From NCBI RefSeq assembly GCF_000143415.4, contig NW_003314266.1, forward strand, positions 3,813,674 to 3,877,673: a stretch of DNA of 64,000 nt. The letters are read 5' to 3'. Every line of letters starts with the position of its first letter. The stretch's first letter is position 1. Positions 26,841 through 38,300 of this stretch are shown in pieces. The notes below the pieces were generated by a model. That model searched no databases. It was given only the letters and a program-made list of their open reading frames with translations, and was not told the origin of the DNA. The position numbers and the translations under genes were made by a program. This DNA is from Selaginella moellendorffii. Lineage: Eukaryota > Plantae > Lycopodiophyta.

Positions 26841-29050
26841 CGTCTACACTTGCGTCGTGCGGCAGATCCAGTTTTCATTCTTTATGGCAACGGCCATACA
26901 CATGCATGTGCACGAGATGAGGTGGACCTAATTGTGCGTGTGGGCGATCTCGAGCTTGAGTTGCAGTTGTTGCAAGTGGTGCCGAGTCAAGCTTTTGACC
27001 TCATTCTTGGTATGGATTGGTTACAACGCAATCATGCCAAGTGTGACTTTGAGGCTTCTCCCCCTTGTCTCATACTTCCTTATGTTTCATCCATTCCTTT
27101 CACTTCTGTACCTCTTCGTCCCTCTATTTCTACCTCTGCTTCCATTACTTTTGTTTCCCCACTATTTCCTCTTGTGTTTCTATCTTGTTCTACTCTTCCC
27201 TTTTCCGATCCCTTCGATGATCTTTGTGTTGCAGCTGTTGACCAGCTCATGAAGGAGTATTCTAATCTCTTTGAATTTGACCTATCGTCTGGGGCCAAGA
27301 TTGCCACACGTCATCCCATTCCAACCGGGGATGCTCATCCAATCAAGGTTCCTGTTCGTTGTCAGTCACCCAAGGAGATCAAGATTTTACGTGCAAATGT
27401 CAAAGAGATGTTGGAGAAGGGTGTTATTCGGAAGTCGCGGAGTCCTTGGGCATGTGAACCTCATCTTGTGACGAAGCCTGATGGGAGTATTTGTTTCTGC
27501 ATTGACTATCGTCCGTTAAATGAAGTGACGATCCCGGATGTGTACCCTCTTCCTCACACTGCTGATCTCTTGGATCGTTTGGGGCGAAGTTGTTGGTTCA
27601 CCAAGCTAGATCTTACTTCTGGGTACTAGCAAGTACCGATGGCCGACGAAGATATTCCTAAGATTGCTTTTCGTACACCGTTTGGTTTGTACGAGTTCTT
27701 GGTGATGCCGTTTGGTTTGAACAATGCTTCAACAACTTTCCAGCGGATGATGGACGAGGTTCTTTGTGATATGCCAGAGGTGACTGTTGACTTCATTGAT
27801 GATGTCTTGATTCACTCGAAGGGGACGTGGGCAGAGCACGTTCGTGATGTGTGTAAAGTGTTGGATCGGCTACGGGATGTTGGTTTAAAGCTGAAGTGGT
27901 CAAAGTGCGTGTTTGGGTTCAAGGACACAACTTATCTTGGGTACCGTATTTCTCGTGAGGGTTTACAAGTTGATCTTGACAAACTTGTGGTTGTTCTAAA
28001 GTTCCCTACTCCGAAGTGTGTGAATGATGTGCAGCGCTTCTTGGGCAAGGTGCAGTATCTCAGTCGTTTTGTGGATCATCTTTCTGATTGCACTGCACCG
28101 TTGCGAACGTTGCGGAAGTCATCAACGTCATCTTTCATCTAGTCTTCAGATTGTGAGCGGGCGTTTGTGGATCTCAAAGAGCTGTTGATGACTCCTCCGG
28201 TTTTGGCATATCCTGACTACACTCAACCTTTTATTTTACGCGTTGATGCTTTTGATATTGGTCTTGGAGGTGTGTTAATGCAAGAGAGCCCGAGTGTGCC
28301 TGGTCAACATCATCCCATTGCATATATAAGCCGTACGTTACAACCAGCAGAGGTGAATTACTCCACGACAGAGAAGGAGTGTTTAACGGTAGTTTGGGGT
28401 TTCGAGAAACTTCATGCATATCTACATGGTTCTCAGACGTTACTTGAAGGTGACCATGCTGCCGTTATTTCATTATTGAAGCGGAATAACCTGGTTGGTC
28501 ATACTACTCGGTGGGCTTTAAAGCTTCAGATATATGATTTTGATGTTGTTCATCACTCAGGGAGTTCTATGGCTGATGCTGATGCCCTTTCTCGAGCTCC
28601 TCTTCCTTCTCCACTTTCTTCTCATGTTTCTGATGAGCCTATTGTTCCAGCATCTGTGGATTTTCTAAACGAGGATTCAGTGCCGTCGGCGGTTGCTGTA
28701 CTTAATGTTCAGTGTCCACAAGGCACAGAGCAAGATCTACCTTCTCTTGATGAGGTTCGCGAGGCTCAAAAGATTGAGCCATGGATTCGAAGGCTTTAAG
28801 ATGCGTTTGAGGATCTTGCATCACTTGCTGATGACTTGCCTTTCCGGCATTTACATTCTCAATATCGCCTTGAAGATGGCCTTCTTTATTTTGTGGGGAT
28901 GGATCCTGATGATCATTTACGACTGGTGGTGCCTTCTATCTTTATTCCACGGTTTCTCCATGCCTACCATGATTCTCCTATTCTAGGTGGGCATATGGGA
29001 ATCGTCGTGTGACCGAGAAACTGCACAGGTCTTTCTATTGGCCAGAGATG
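26841..29050 (+). pseudogene. pol: Family C pol fragment (PR end, RT, RNase H, start of IN) with stops, inverted relative to the C2 LTR it interrupts
   Basis: ILGMDWL, CIDYRPLN, DLTSGY, MPFGL, FIDD, EKECL, ADALSR motifs; paralogous to 30715-32423 and 49282-49775. Confidence 0.88.
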
Positions 29051-29122
29051 CCAATCCGACGGCTACCAAAATCCCACTATGCTAATATTAGTATACAGTA
29101 TCGTAGCTGTACACTTGGCCTT

Positions 29123-29126
<4 letters not shown>

Positions 29127-29178
<52 letters not shown>
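29127..29178. repeat. Compound microsatellite (CA)n(TA)n(TG)n between two head-to-head C elements
   Basis: Read directly from the sequence. Confidence 0.95.
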
Positions 29179-29181
<3 letters not shown>

Positions 29182-29585
29182 AAAGGCCAAGTGTACAGCT
29201 ATGATGCCATATATTAATACTAACGTAGTGAGATTTTGGTGGCCGTCGGATTGGTTTCAATCCGGACCACTCACTCCTGTATATAAGGTAGGGTTTTTGG
29301 GCTAATTGAGATGCACATTTCTGTATTCCCTTTCCATATCCAAGCACTCACATTGGTGGAGGTGAGGGGCACCTTTGATTGTCCCTAAGGAATGCTTAGA
29401 TTTAGGATTTTGGTTTAGATCTAGCTTTTGCATTGTCTAGATCTAACTTTTTCCATTTCCTTTCTTTTGTTCTTTCCTTTCAGGATTTTGGTTTAGATCT
29501 AGCTTTTTACATTGTTTAGATGTACCATTTCCTTCTAGCTTTTTGTCATTTCTCTTTTTTTGCTCTTTCTTTTTCATTCGTCTTC

Positions 29586-32423
29586 ATGGCAGGTCAACAA
29601 TTTCCTCCTTTGACTCTGGAGCAGCAGTTGGTACAATTGCTTGATGCTATGCGCTTGCAATTGAACAACCAAACTCAGTTGATAGTGGCATTCACGGCAT
29701 GTGGTACAACTCCTCTTGCTCTTGGTGCCAATCCTCACATTCGGCTGGAGTTCTTTTGCGGGAATCCTAGAGATGATGTGTACCATTGGTTCAATCACTT
29801 CATGGTGATTGCCATATATCATTCTTGGGATGATGCTCGACATTTGCGTGAGTTTCCCACGTGTCTCCAAGGGACGGCGTTGCAGTGGTACAATGGTTTG
29901 AGCACAGCCACTTGTGGGGATTGGAGTGTTCTCCCGAACGTCTTCAAATGCACCTTCGGACATGCCAATGACTGTGATGATGCCTTCCAACAATTGCATC
30001 GTCTTTGCCAAGGGCCATCTGAGTCGGTGATGCAATTTGGCGTTCGTTTCCGAAGTCTTTTGCTTCGTGTGGAGCCAAATATGTCGGAGCGGATTAAGCT
30101 AGGAATGTTGTGGCCAGCACTTCGTTAAGATCTTGTCGGACTTGTGCATGCACTTGCTCTCACCACCCTTGACAATGCTTTTCTCTTAGCACAACATTAT
30201 GAGGTGTCGCCTCTTCCACTTCTTGTTGCACGTCCTTTAGCTTATAGGTGATGGTCCTGTTCCAATGGAGGTTGATGCTGCTGCTGCTTGAGTCCAAGGA
30301 CAAGGGTGAGGACGTGGTCGTGGCCGTGATGTTCACTACTGGGCGTGTGATGAAGTTGGTCATACTTATCGGTGTTGTTGGTGTTTTCTGGATTGGCGAC
30401 CTCCATTTCCTGGGTGGAAACCTTGGCATCAGCAACATCATGTTGGTGCTGCTGCAGTGGATGGTTTGGACACCGAGATACATCTGGGAAACAAGGAGTC
30501 GCGTGAGCAATGGAGAGACCTTGCGCGAATAAATCAGTGACCCCTCCATCTTTCTTTTGGGAGTATCATCAAGGGGTTCACTTGGCACCGGTTCATCCAG
30601 TGTTTACTTTTCAAGCTCGTTTTTATAACAAGAGGTCTCCTATTATTCTCTCTGTGTTGGTTGATACAGGTTTGAGTTTATCTTCTATTGCTCGACTTGT
30701 TGCCACACGTTGCCATCTACACTTGTGTCGTGCGGCGGAACTAGTTTTTATTCTTTATAGCAACGGCCGTACACATGCATGTGCACAGAATGAGGTGGAC
30801 CTGGTTGTGCGTGTGGGCGATCTCGAGCTTGAGTTGCAATCATTGCGGGTGGTGCCGAGTCAAGCTTTTGACCTCATTCTTAGTATGGATTGGTTGCAAT
30901 GCGATCATGCCAAGTGTGATTTTGAGGCTTCTCCCCCTTGTCTCATACTTCCTTATGTTTCATCCATTTGTCTCACTTCTGTACCTCTTTGTCCCTCTAC
31001 TTTTACCTCTGCTTGCATTACTTTTGTTTCCCCATTATTTCCTCCTATGTTTCCATCTTGTTCTGCTCTTCCCTTTTCTGATCCCTCTAACGATCTTTGT
31101 GTTGCAGCGGTGGACCGGCTCATAAAGGAGTATTCTGATCTTTTTTGAATTTGACCTTGGGGCCAAGATTGCCATACGTCATCCAATTCCAACCGGGGAT
31201 GCTCGTCCAATCAAGGTTCCCGTTCATCGTTGGTCACCCAAGGAGATCAAGATTTTACGTGCAAATGTCAAGGAGATGTTGAAGAAGGGTGTTATTCGAA
31301 AGTTGTGGAGTCCTTGGGTATATGAACCTCATTTTATGACGAAGCCTGATGGGAGTATTCGTTTCTACATTGACTATCATCCGTTAAACGAAGTGACAAT
31401 CCCAGATGTGTACCCTCTTCCTCACACTGCTGATCTCTTGGATCATCTGGGGCGAAGTCGTTGGTTCACCAAACTAAATTTTGCTTCTGGGTATTGGCCG
31501 ATGGCCGAAGAAGATATTCCTAAGACTGCTTTTTATACACCATTTGGTTTGTACGAGTTCTTGGTGATGCCGTTTGGTTTAAACAATGCTCCAGAAACTT
31601 TTCAGCAGATGATGGATGAGGTTAGTTGTGATATGCCAGAGGTGACTACTGACTTCATTGATGATGTCTTGATTCACTCGGAGGGGACATGGGCAGAGCA
31701 CATTCGTGATGTGTGTAAAGTGTTGGATCAGCTACGAGATGTTGGTTTAAAGCTGAAGCGGTCAAAGTGCGTGTTTGGGTCCAAGGACACAACTTATCTT
31801 GGGTACCGTATTTCTCATGAGGGTTTGCAAGTTGATCTTGACAAACTTGTGATTGTTCTAAAGTTCCTTACTCCAAAGTGTGTGAATGATGTGCAGCGCT
31901 TCTTGGGCAAAGTGTAGTATCTCGATCGTTTTGTGGATCATCTTTCTGATCGCACTGCACCGTTGCGAGTGCTGCTGAGTCATCAACATCATCTTTCATC
32001 TGGTCTCCGGATTGTGAGCAGGCGTTCGAGGATCTCAAAGAGCTATTGACGACTCCTCCGGTTTTGGCATATCCTAACTACACTCGACCTTTTATTTTGC
32101 ACGTGGATGCTTTTGCCATTGGTCTTGGAGGTGTGTTAATGCAAGAGAGCTTGAGTGTGCTTGGTTAGCGCCATCCCATTGTGTATATAATCCGTATATT
32201 ACAACTAGCAGAAATGAACTACTCCACAACAGAGAAGGAGTGTTTAGCAGTAGTTTAGGTTTCGAGAAATTTCATACATATCTACATGGTTCTCGGACGT
32301 TACTTAAAGGTGATCATGCTGCTGTTACTTCATTATTGAAGCGGAAGAACCTGGTTGGTCGTATTGTTCAATGAGCTTTAAAGCTTCAGATATATGATTT
32401 TGATATTGTTCATCACTCAGGGA
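29586..32423 (+). pseudogene. gag-pol: C1 gag-PR-RT-RNase H, multiple stops and frameshifts
   Basis: Gag LQGTALQWY; protease LVDTG; RT MPFGL and FIDD. Confidence 0.88.
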
Positions 32424-32824
32424 TGTAAGGAACCAACTCGCCGAAGTGTCGTAGGCTAAAGGAACCCCGAAAGCATGACCAAAATGACAAAGAGTTCATC
32501 GGATGGGACCAAGTCGAAGATTGAGTCCAAGACCGACTCTAGGACCGAGTTCGAGATCGGGTCCGGAATCGAGTCCAAGACCGACTCGGGGACCAAGTTC
32601 GAGTCCGAGTTCGAGACCGAGTTCGAGACGGAGTCCGAGATCCGAAATCGGGTCCGAGACCGAGTCCGAGGTCGAGACCGAGTCCGAGGTCGAGTCCGAG
32701 GTCGGGTCCGAGATCGGGTCCGAGATCGAGTCCGAGATCGAGTCCGAAACCGAATCCGAAGTCGGATCCGAAATCGGGTTCGAGATTGAGCTAGAGACTA
32801 AGTCCAAATACTAATACGGGTCAA

Positions 32825-32893
32825 GGGGTGAAAGCCCAAAGCGTGCGTCTCCTAGGGGGGGGGGGCTGCAGGGGGTTCCAAAAGTATAGTAGG
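32825..32893 (+). promoter_or_regulatory. Putative LTR promoter core shared by A, B and E LTRs
   Basis: GGGTGAAAGCCCAAAGCG...CCAAAAGTATAGTAGGG is conserved between otherwise dissimilar A and B LTRs (compare 36170-36240), directly downstream of the GAGTCC array; TATA-like. Confidence 0.5.
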
Positions 32894-33648
32894 GATAGTG
32901 AGGTCCAGGAACCAGTTTTGAAGGGACTCTCCAGTTGGGCTTCCAAACCGACTTGAGGTTGCGACTGGGACCGAGGGGCCTTGGGTGGGAGTGAGCATGG
33001 ACTTGGCTGGTGCCGGAGGGGCCATCCAAGGAAGTGCTCAAGAGCAGCTCCCACTCCCGAAAGGGAAACCGATTGCGGTGCTCCTGGCTCATGTGGAGTG
33101 GTGCCCCACTTGAGTACCATGCGGCTCATTGGTCCTCGCCCTTCCTAGGGGCTTGGGCCTTCCTTCGGGATGGAAGTGGGGGGCTAGAGGTACCCATACC
33201 GGGCCGCTAGGCCACGGTGTTTCGCCCCGGCGTCCCGAAGCAAGTGTTGCACTCAAGACTTGGGATTTAGAGGGTCCCATGATCAAGTCTTGTGGTACCA
33301 AAGGATGTTAGGAACCTGGAAGCTTGGTGTGTTTGGCTGTTTGTGCTTGCGGGGAGTGTAGCCAAACCTTAAGTCCAGTCTAACCCGGGGAGGGGGATTG
33401 GGAGTGATTTGGGAATCCGTGGATGGATGGCTAACACTCCGTTGCTCGTGCAGTGAGTAGCTGAGACCAAGTAGGAGCTGGTACCATAGGCGAGAACCTT
33501 GGCAAGGGAACTTAGCAAAAGCCAAGGCAGTGTTGGACAGATAGTCGAGGTAAGCTGGCAAATTGGAAAGGAAAAATTTGTGGCTTACAATTTGGTATCG
33601 GAGCCTTTATCTCAGTTCTAGCGAAGGATAGAGGCGGATTGCTGGGAG

Positions 33649-35334
33649 ATGGCAAGGGCAGGGCGTAAGCGAACCCAGGCGGAGACGGAACCTCCGCCAG
33701 AGCTGGAGCCTCCGGTTGAACAAGAGGCTATGGATGAGGAATCCTTGCATGAGGAGGACTCCAGTGAGGAAACTTCCAAACAGGAGTCCGGTGGCGAGGT
33801 TCGGTCGTCCAAGGCTCGATTGGACGTGCTAGAAGGACAGTTGGCACAGACCAATGCCCTGCTGGAGACTCTCGTACGCAAGTTAAAGCATGACGAGAAG
33901 CAGAAGAAAAAGCGAAAGACTGCGGATGCTGGCAGTGCAGAAGGTGCGGACCCTTCGGCAGGGACTGAGGCAAAACCAGACAAGGTCGAACAGACCGAAG
34001 TGGAATCAGTCCCTCAGGCAGTTCCCAAGTACAAACCAAAGCCCCCACCAGTGTTCAAGGGAGTGAACGACTATAAGGTTGTGGAGGATTGGTTTTACGA
34101 TATGGAGGACTACTTCCGAGCGTTGCAGTTACCGAGCTTGGAGAAGGTCCCATGTGCAAAACCATACTTGGCAGATAATGCCAAGTCTTGGTGGAGAACA
34201 ACGGAGGCCAACGAAGGACCGGTGGCCACCTGGGACATGATGAAGGCGAGGATCCGCGCGACATACGTTCCTCCGAATGCCACTCTACATCTGAGAGATG
34301 AGTTGAGTAGGCTGAAGCAGACTGGAACCATCCAGGAATATGTGAATGGGTTCATGGCAAAGAGGATACTTGTCACGGACATGGGGGATATGGATGCGTT
34401 CCATGCCTTTATATCAGGTTTGCAAACCTGGGCTCGCGGTGAGGTGATGCGCTGGAACCCGACCAACTACAAGGAAGCGTTGGATGCGGCCATCAAGGTG
34501 CATTTCAACGATAACCTGCGAAAGGGGAACACGACGGGGTCGGGATCCACGTTTCACAAAGGGGCGAAACCGAGGGGAACATATAGCAAGGGGAAATTCA
34601 AGAAGAGTTTCTCTAAGAATGAGTCCTCGGGGTTTCGGAAAGGCAAATCCGGTGGCCAGCGAGCGAGTACGTGGGGAAGTCAAGCGAAAAGAGACAAACC
34701 CACGGATAAGAAGGTCAAGTCGTATAGCAGCGTGGGCAACAACGTATGCTACAACTGCGGCGAAGCAGGACACTTCTCGAGGGAATGTCCCTACCCGAAG
34801 AAGGCCAGAGCCAATATGGCCATCAAGTCGGGTGAAGTCCAAACTGAGGTATGTGATCCAGTCCCTAACTCAAAGTTACTCATTACACGAGCAACTTTGG
34901 TAGAGAGTCGTTCGCGACATCTACTAGCCCTCCGAGGGAAGCTCGGAGGTAGCTTTGTTAAGATCCTTATTGACACGGGTGCTTCGGATAATTTTGTGGC
35001 TGCAGACATAGTCCGGCAAGCCGGACTAACGGTGCAACGGCTAGGCGAACCAAGGACTATAGAGTTTGTTCAGGGTAGCCAAAGCACCGATGAGGTACTT
35101 CGACAAGCGAGAGTCGAAGTGGGGACATGGAAAGTGGACATGGATTTCACCGTCTTGGACATGGCGGGATTTGACGTGATCTTCGGAATGGATTGGTTTA
35201 ACCGGTTCGTGGTAGCCCTGCATGGACAAGGTAGGAACCTTGTGGTATTGGCGAATGCCCAAGGAAGAAGATCTAGGGTGGAGGCCCAGGATCTAAAGGT
35301 AGGGCAAAGCAAGGCCAAAGAGTCATGCTTAAAC
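33649..35334 (+). CDS. gag-pol: A2 gag-protease portion, interrupted by B2
   Basis: Open from ATG 33649; CCHC and LIDTGA motifs; frame continues at 43055 after B2. Confidence 0.92.
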
Positions 35335-38300
35335 TATGAGACACAAAATCCCTAGGCCCCAAAGTGGAGCCGGAAAGGGTGCCACGTGGTAGTGGCTGAA
35401 GCGAGAGCTAAACGAGCGTAACACGTTTGGACCAAAAGCTCCGACTCGAAAAGTCAAGAGCGGGAGTGGAACTCCCAACGAAGTGCTCAAGGAACGAGCA
35501 CGAAGCGAGCAAAAAGCGAGGCTCCAAAAAGGGACCCAAAAGGACCAACACATGACACGTGGAAGTGTCCGAGATGGACTCGAGTTGGAGTCCGAAGTGG
35601 AGTCCGAGATGGACCCGAGTTGGAGTCCGAAGTGGAGTCCGAGATGGACCCGAGTTGGAGTCTGAAGTGGAGTCCGAGATGGACCCAAGTTGGAGTCCGA
35701 AGCGGAGTCCGAGATGGAGTCCAAGATGGAGTCCAAGATGGAGTCCGAAGTGGAGTCCGAGATGGAGTCCGAAGTGGAGTCCGAGGTGGACCCGAGATGG
35801 ACCCGAGTTGGAGTCCGAGGTGGACCCGAGATGGACCCGAAATGGAGTCCGAGATGGAGTCCGAGATGGACCCGAGATGGAGTCCGAGATGGAGTCCGAG
35901 ATGGACCCGAAATGGAGTCCGAGATGGACCCGAGATGGAGTCCGAGATGGACCCAAGATGGAGTCCGAGATGGAGTCCGAGATGGAGTCCGAAGTCGAGA
36001 CCGAGACCGGGACCGAGACCGAGACCGAGACCGAGATCGGGACCGAGACCGAGACCGAGGCCGAGGCCAAGACCGAGCCCGAGCCCGAGTTCGAGTCCGA
36101 GTCCGAGTTCGAGTTCGAGTCCGAGTCCGAGTCCGAGTCCGAGTCCGAGTCCGAGTCCGGAGCCTGAGAGGGTGAAAGCCCAAAGCGTTTGTCTCCCAGA
36201 CCCTGGGGGGTTTGGTGAGCTCCAAAAGTATAGTAGGGGGAGGACTGCAGTGGAGCCAGTTTGGCCAGGAAAGGCCAGTTTGGCCCAGGAAGGCCGGACC
36301 CAGTGTTGGGTGATGAGCTGCCCACTGGGAAGTCCAAGACTAGAGTGAACACAGACCGACAAGCGGGGTAGCTTGGTGAAGTGTTCAAGAGCCGGCTCTA
36401 GTTCCCCCGGGAGATCGACTGGCCAATGCTCCCAGTCCAAGTGTGGGTGGCACTACCTACTTGGATACTGGTGTGGCTCAACGGAACCCGCTCTAAGCCC
36501 ATGGCTAGAGCACCCAAGGGCAGAAGGCGAGGAGAGTACCTAGGTGGCTCGCGTAAGGCCACGGTGTTCCGAAATGTTGTCCCAAAGGCCCAGACTGTGG
36601 AAAGGAAGAGGAGCAGTCCTCTGGGGTAGTGACCAAGGACACAGTCGTGTGGTGAGGAAGTCCCAAAGGACCGTGGGACTTAGTGGTCAGGCCTGTGGGT
36701 CTCGATCCAGTGGCAGTGTTGGCAAACACGGCCAGGGGCAACAAGGGACTTAGTGGGGACTGACAGAGGGATATTGGGGAAGGCTATTCCCCTTGTCGGT
36801 GGGCATCCTAAGGATGCTAAGGAGTGGATCTGAGATGACCACTCACGGATGGTTTGCCTAGTCTTGGAGAGCTAAGACGGTGATGCAAGTGGTATTGGAC
36901 TACCAGTGTGGCAAAGGTGATTGGGCATGGCCTTAGTGTAATGGGCTGCTATGTCGGTGGTACCTTTGAGTGTCGGTCATGGGATCGGACACGTGGAGCA
37001 CTTGGACCAAGTGCAAATGTTGAGTGGCATGGATGCCATTCTCGGGGCTAGCAAGTCCCAAGTCCTGGATTGGACTTATGGAGGTTGTGAATGAGACTCC
37101 TCCAAGTGGTCAGAGGTGTGGTTAAGTGACTAAAGTAGAATGGAAAATTTAGTCGCTTACAATTTGGTATCGGAGCTGTTCCTTAGTCCGACTTTTATTG
37201 GTGCTCAAGTATATCACCACTAGTGTTGGCATCGGAAGGTCCGAGGAGTGGGCCTATCCTTGAGGAGTAGCAAGTCGGGAAGACATGGCTCTCCATTACA
37301 GTTCATGTGTGAACTTGTAGACGAGGTGGTGGATAGAAAAGGGCCAATAATGGAACGACTTTGGGATCTTGGGAACAATGCAAGGTTTTCCTCATTGAGT
37401 TGAGGATGTGATCCGGATGAGCATTTGTCTCAGCAAATTGGCTAAGGTTGTTGTGGTAAACAACTAAAGTTGGGATCACAGGAAAGATAAAGACTCCAAA
37501 ACAATAAAGGAGTCACAAGATTATCCTCATATAGTTGAGGTTGGTGCTCATGAATGTGAGACCAGAGGTAATGACCGTGGGAGGTCAAATACGGAAGAGG
37601 ACTCAAATCCTTGAAATGGTAGCCGGGGCTACCTTTAATAAATGCTGGAACAACCCATGGAGTTGGGGGGTGTACTTAGAGATGAGTGGTATTCTCATCG
37701 CATGGACAAGTAGTCCTAAGGGGCAAAAGTTGCCCCCAGAGAACAAAATCAAGTGTCGGAGTAACACTTGTGAAAATAATCCTTTTGAGTAGGATAGGAA
37801 TGCAAGAAGTGTATTCCAGTGAGCTAGTGCCTCACAAGTAGGACCTTAAGGGTCTGTGGATTAACCAAGTCCAAAACTACTGATGACTCAAGTAGAGTCA
37901 AGGGATGGTCCTAAAAGGACTGATGGAAGCATTTGGACTGAGGTGTGTTGTACCCCACAAAGGATGGGGGGGGATCATAGGATCCAAGGATGAGAACAGA
38001 GGGTATCTCATCGATGGCAAAATGTGCCATGCTAAAGTTATGGGAAAGGTGTTCTCAGAAGAAAACAACTTTGACACAAAGTTGTGTGTGACCTCTATAG
38101 TGCAGTGCTAACGGATGGTTGGCATGAGAAAGAGCGGTGTTGGTCTTGGCAAAGACATAAACACGAAGGGGAAGTGTCATAGAGGTAGGCTCGTGGAGCC
38201 GATGGTGTGGAGACACCAAATATGCCAAGGTGTGATACCTTGAGGCTATGTTGGTGGGTTCATGAGAACCCCTTGCCAAAAGAATCCCAATGGAAATGGG

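Larger units (their letters stand above)
25980..29126 (-). mobile_element. Rearranged, truncated family C gypsy copy (C2): split 5' LTR, PBS, 5' UTR, start of gag
   Basis: LTR halves at 29051-29126 and 26739-26840; PBS TGGTGGAGATGAGGGGCA at 26720-26737; gag start homologous to 29586 onward. Confidence 0.8.
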
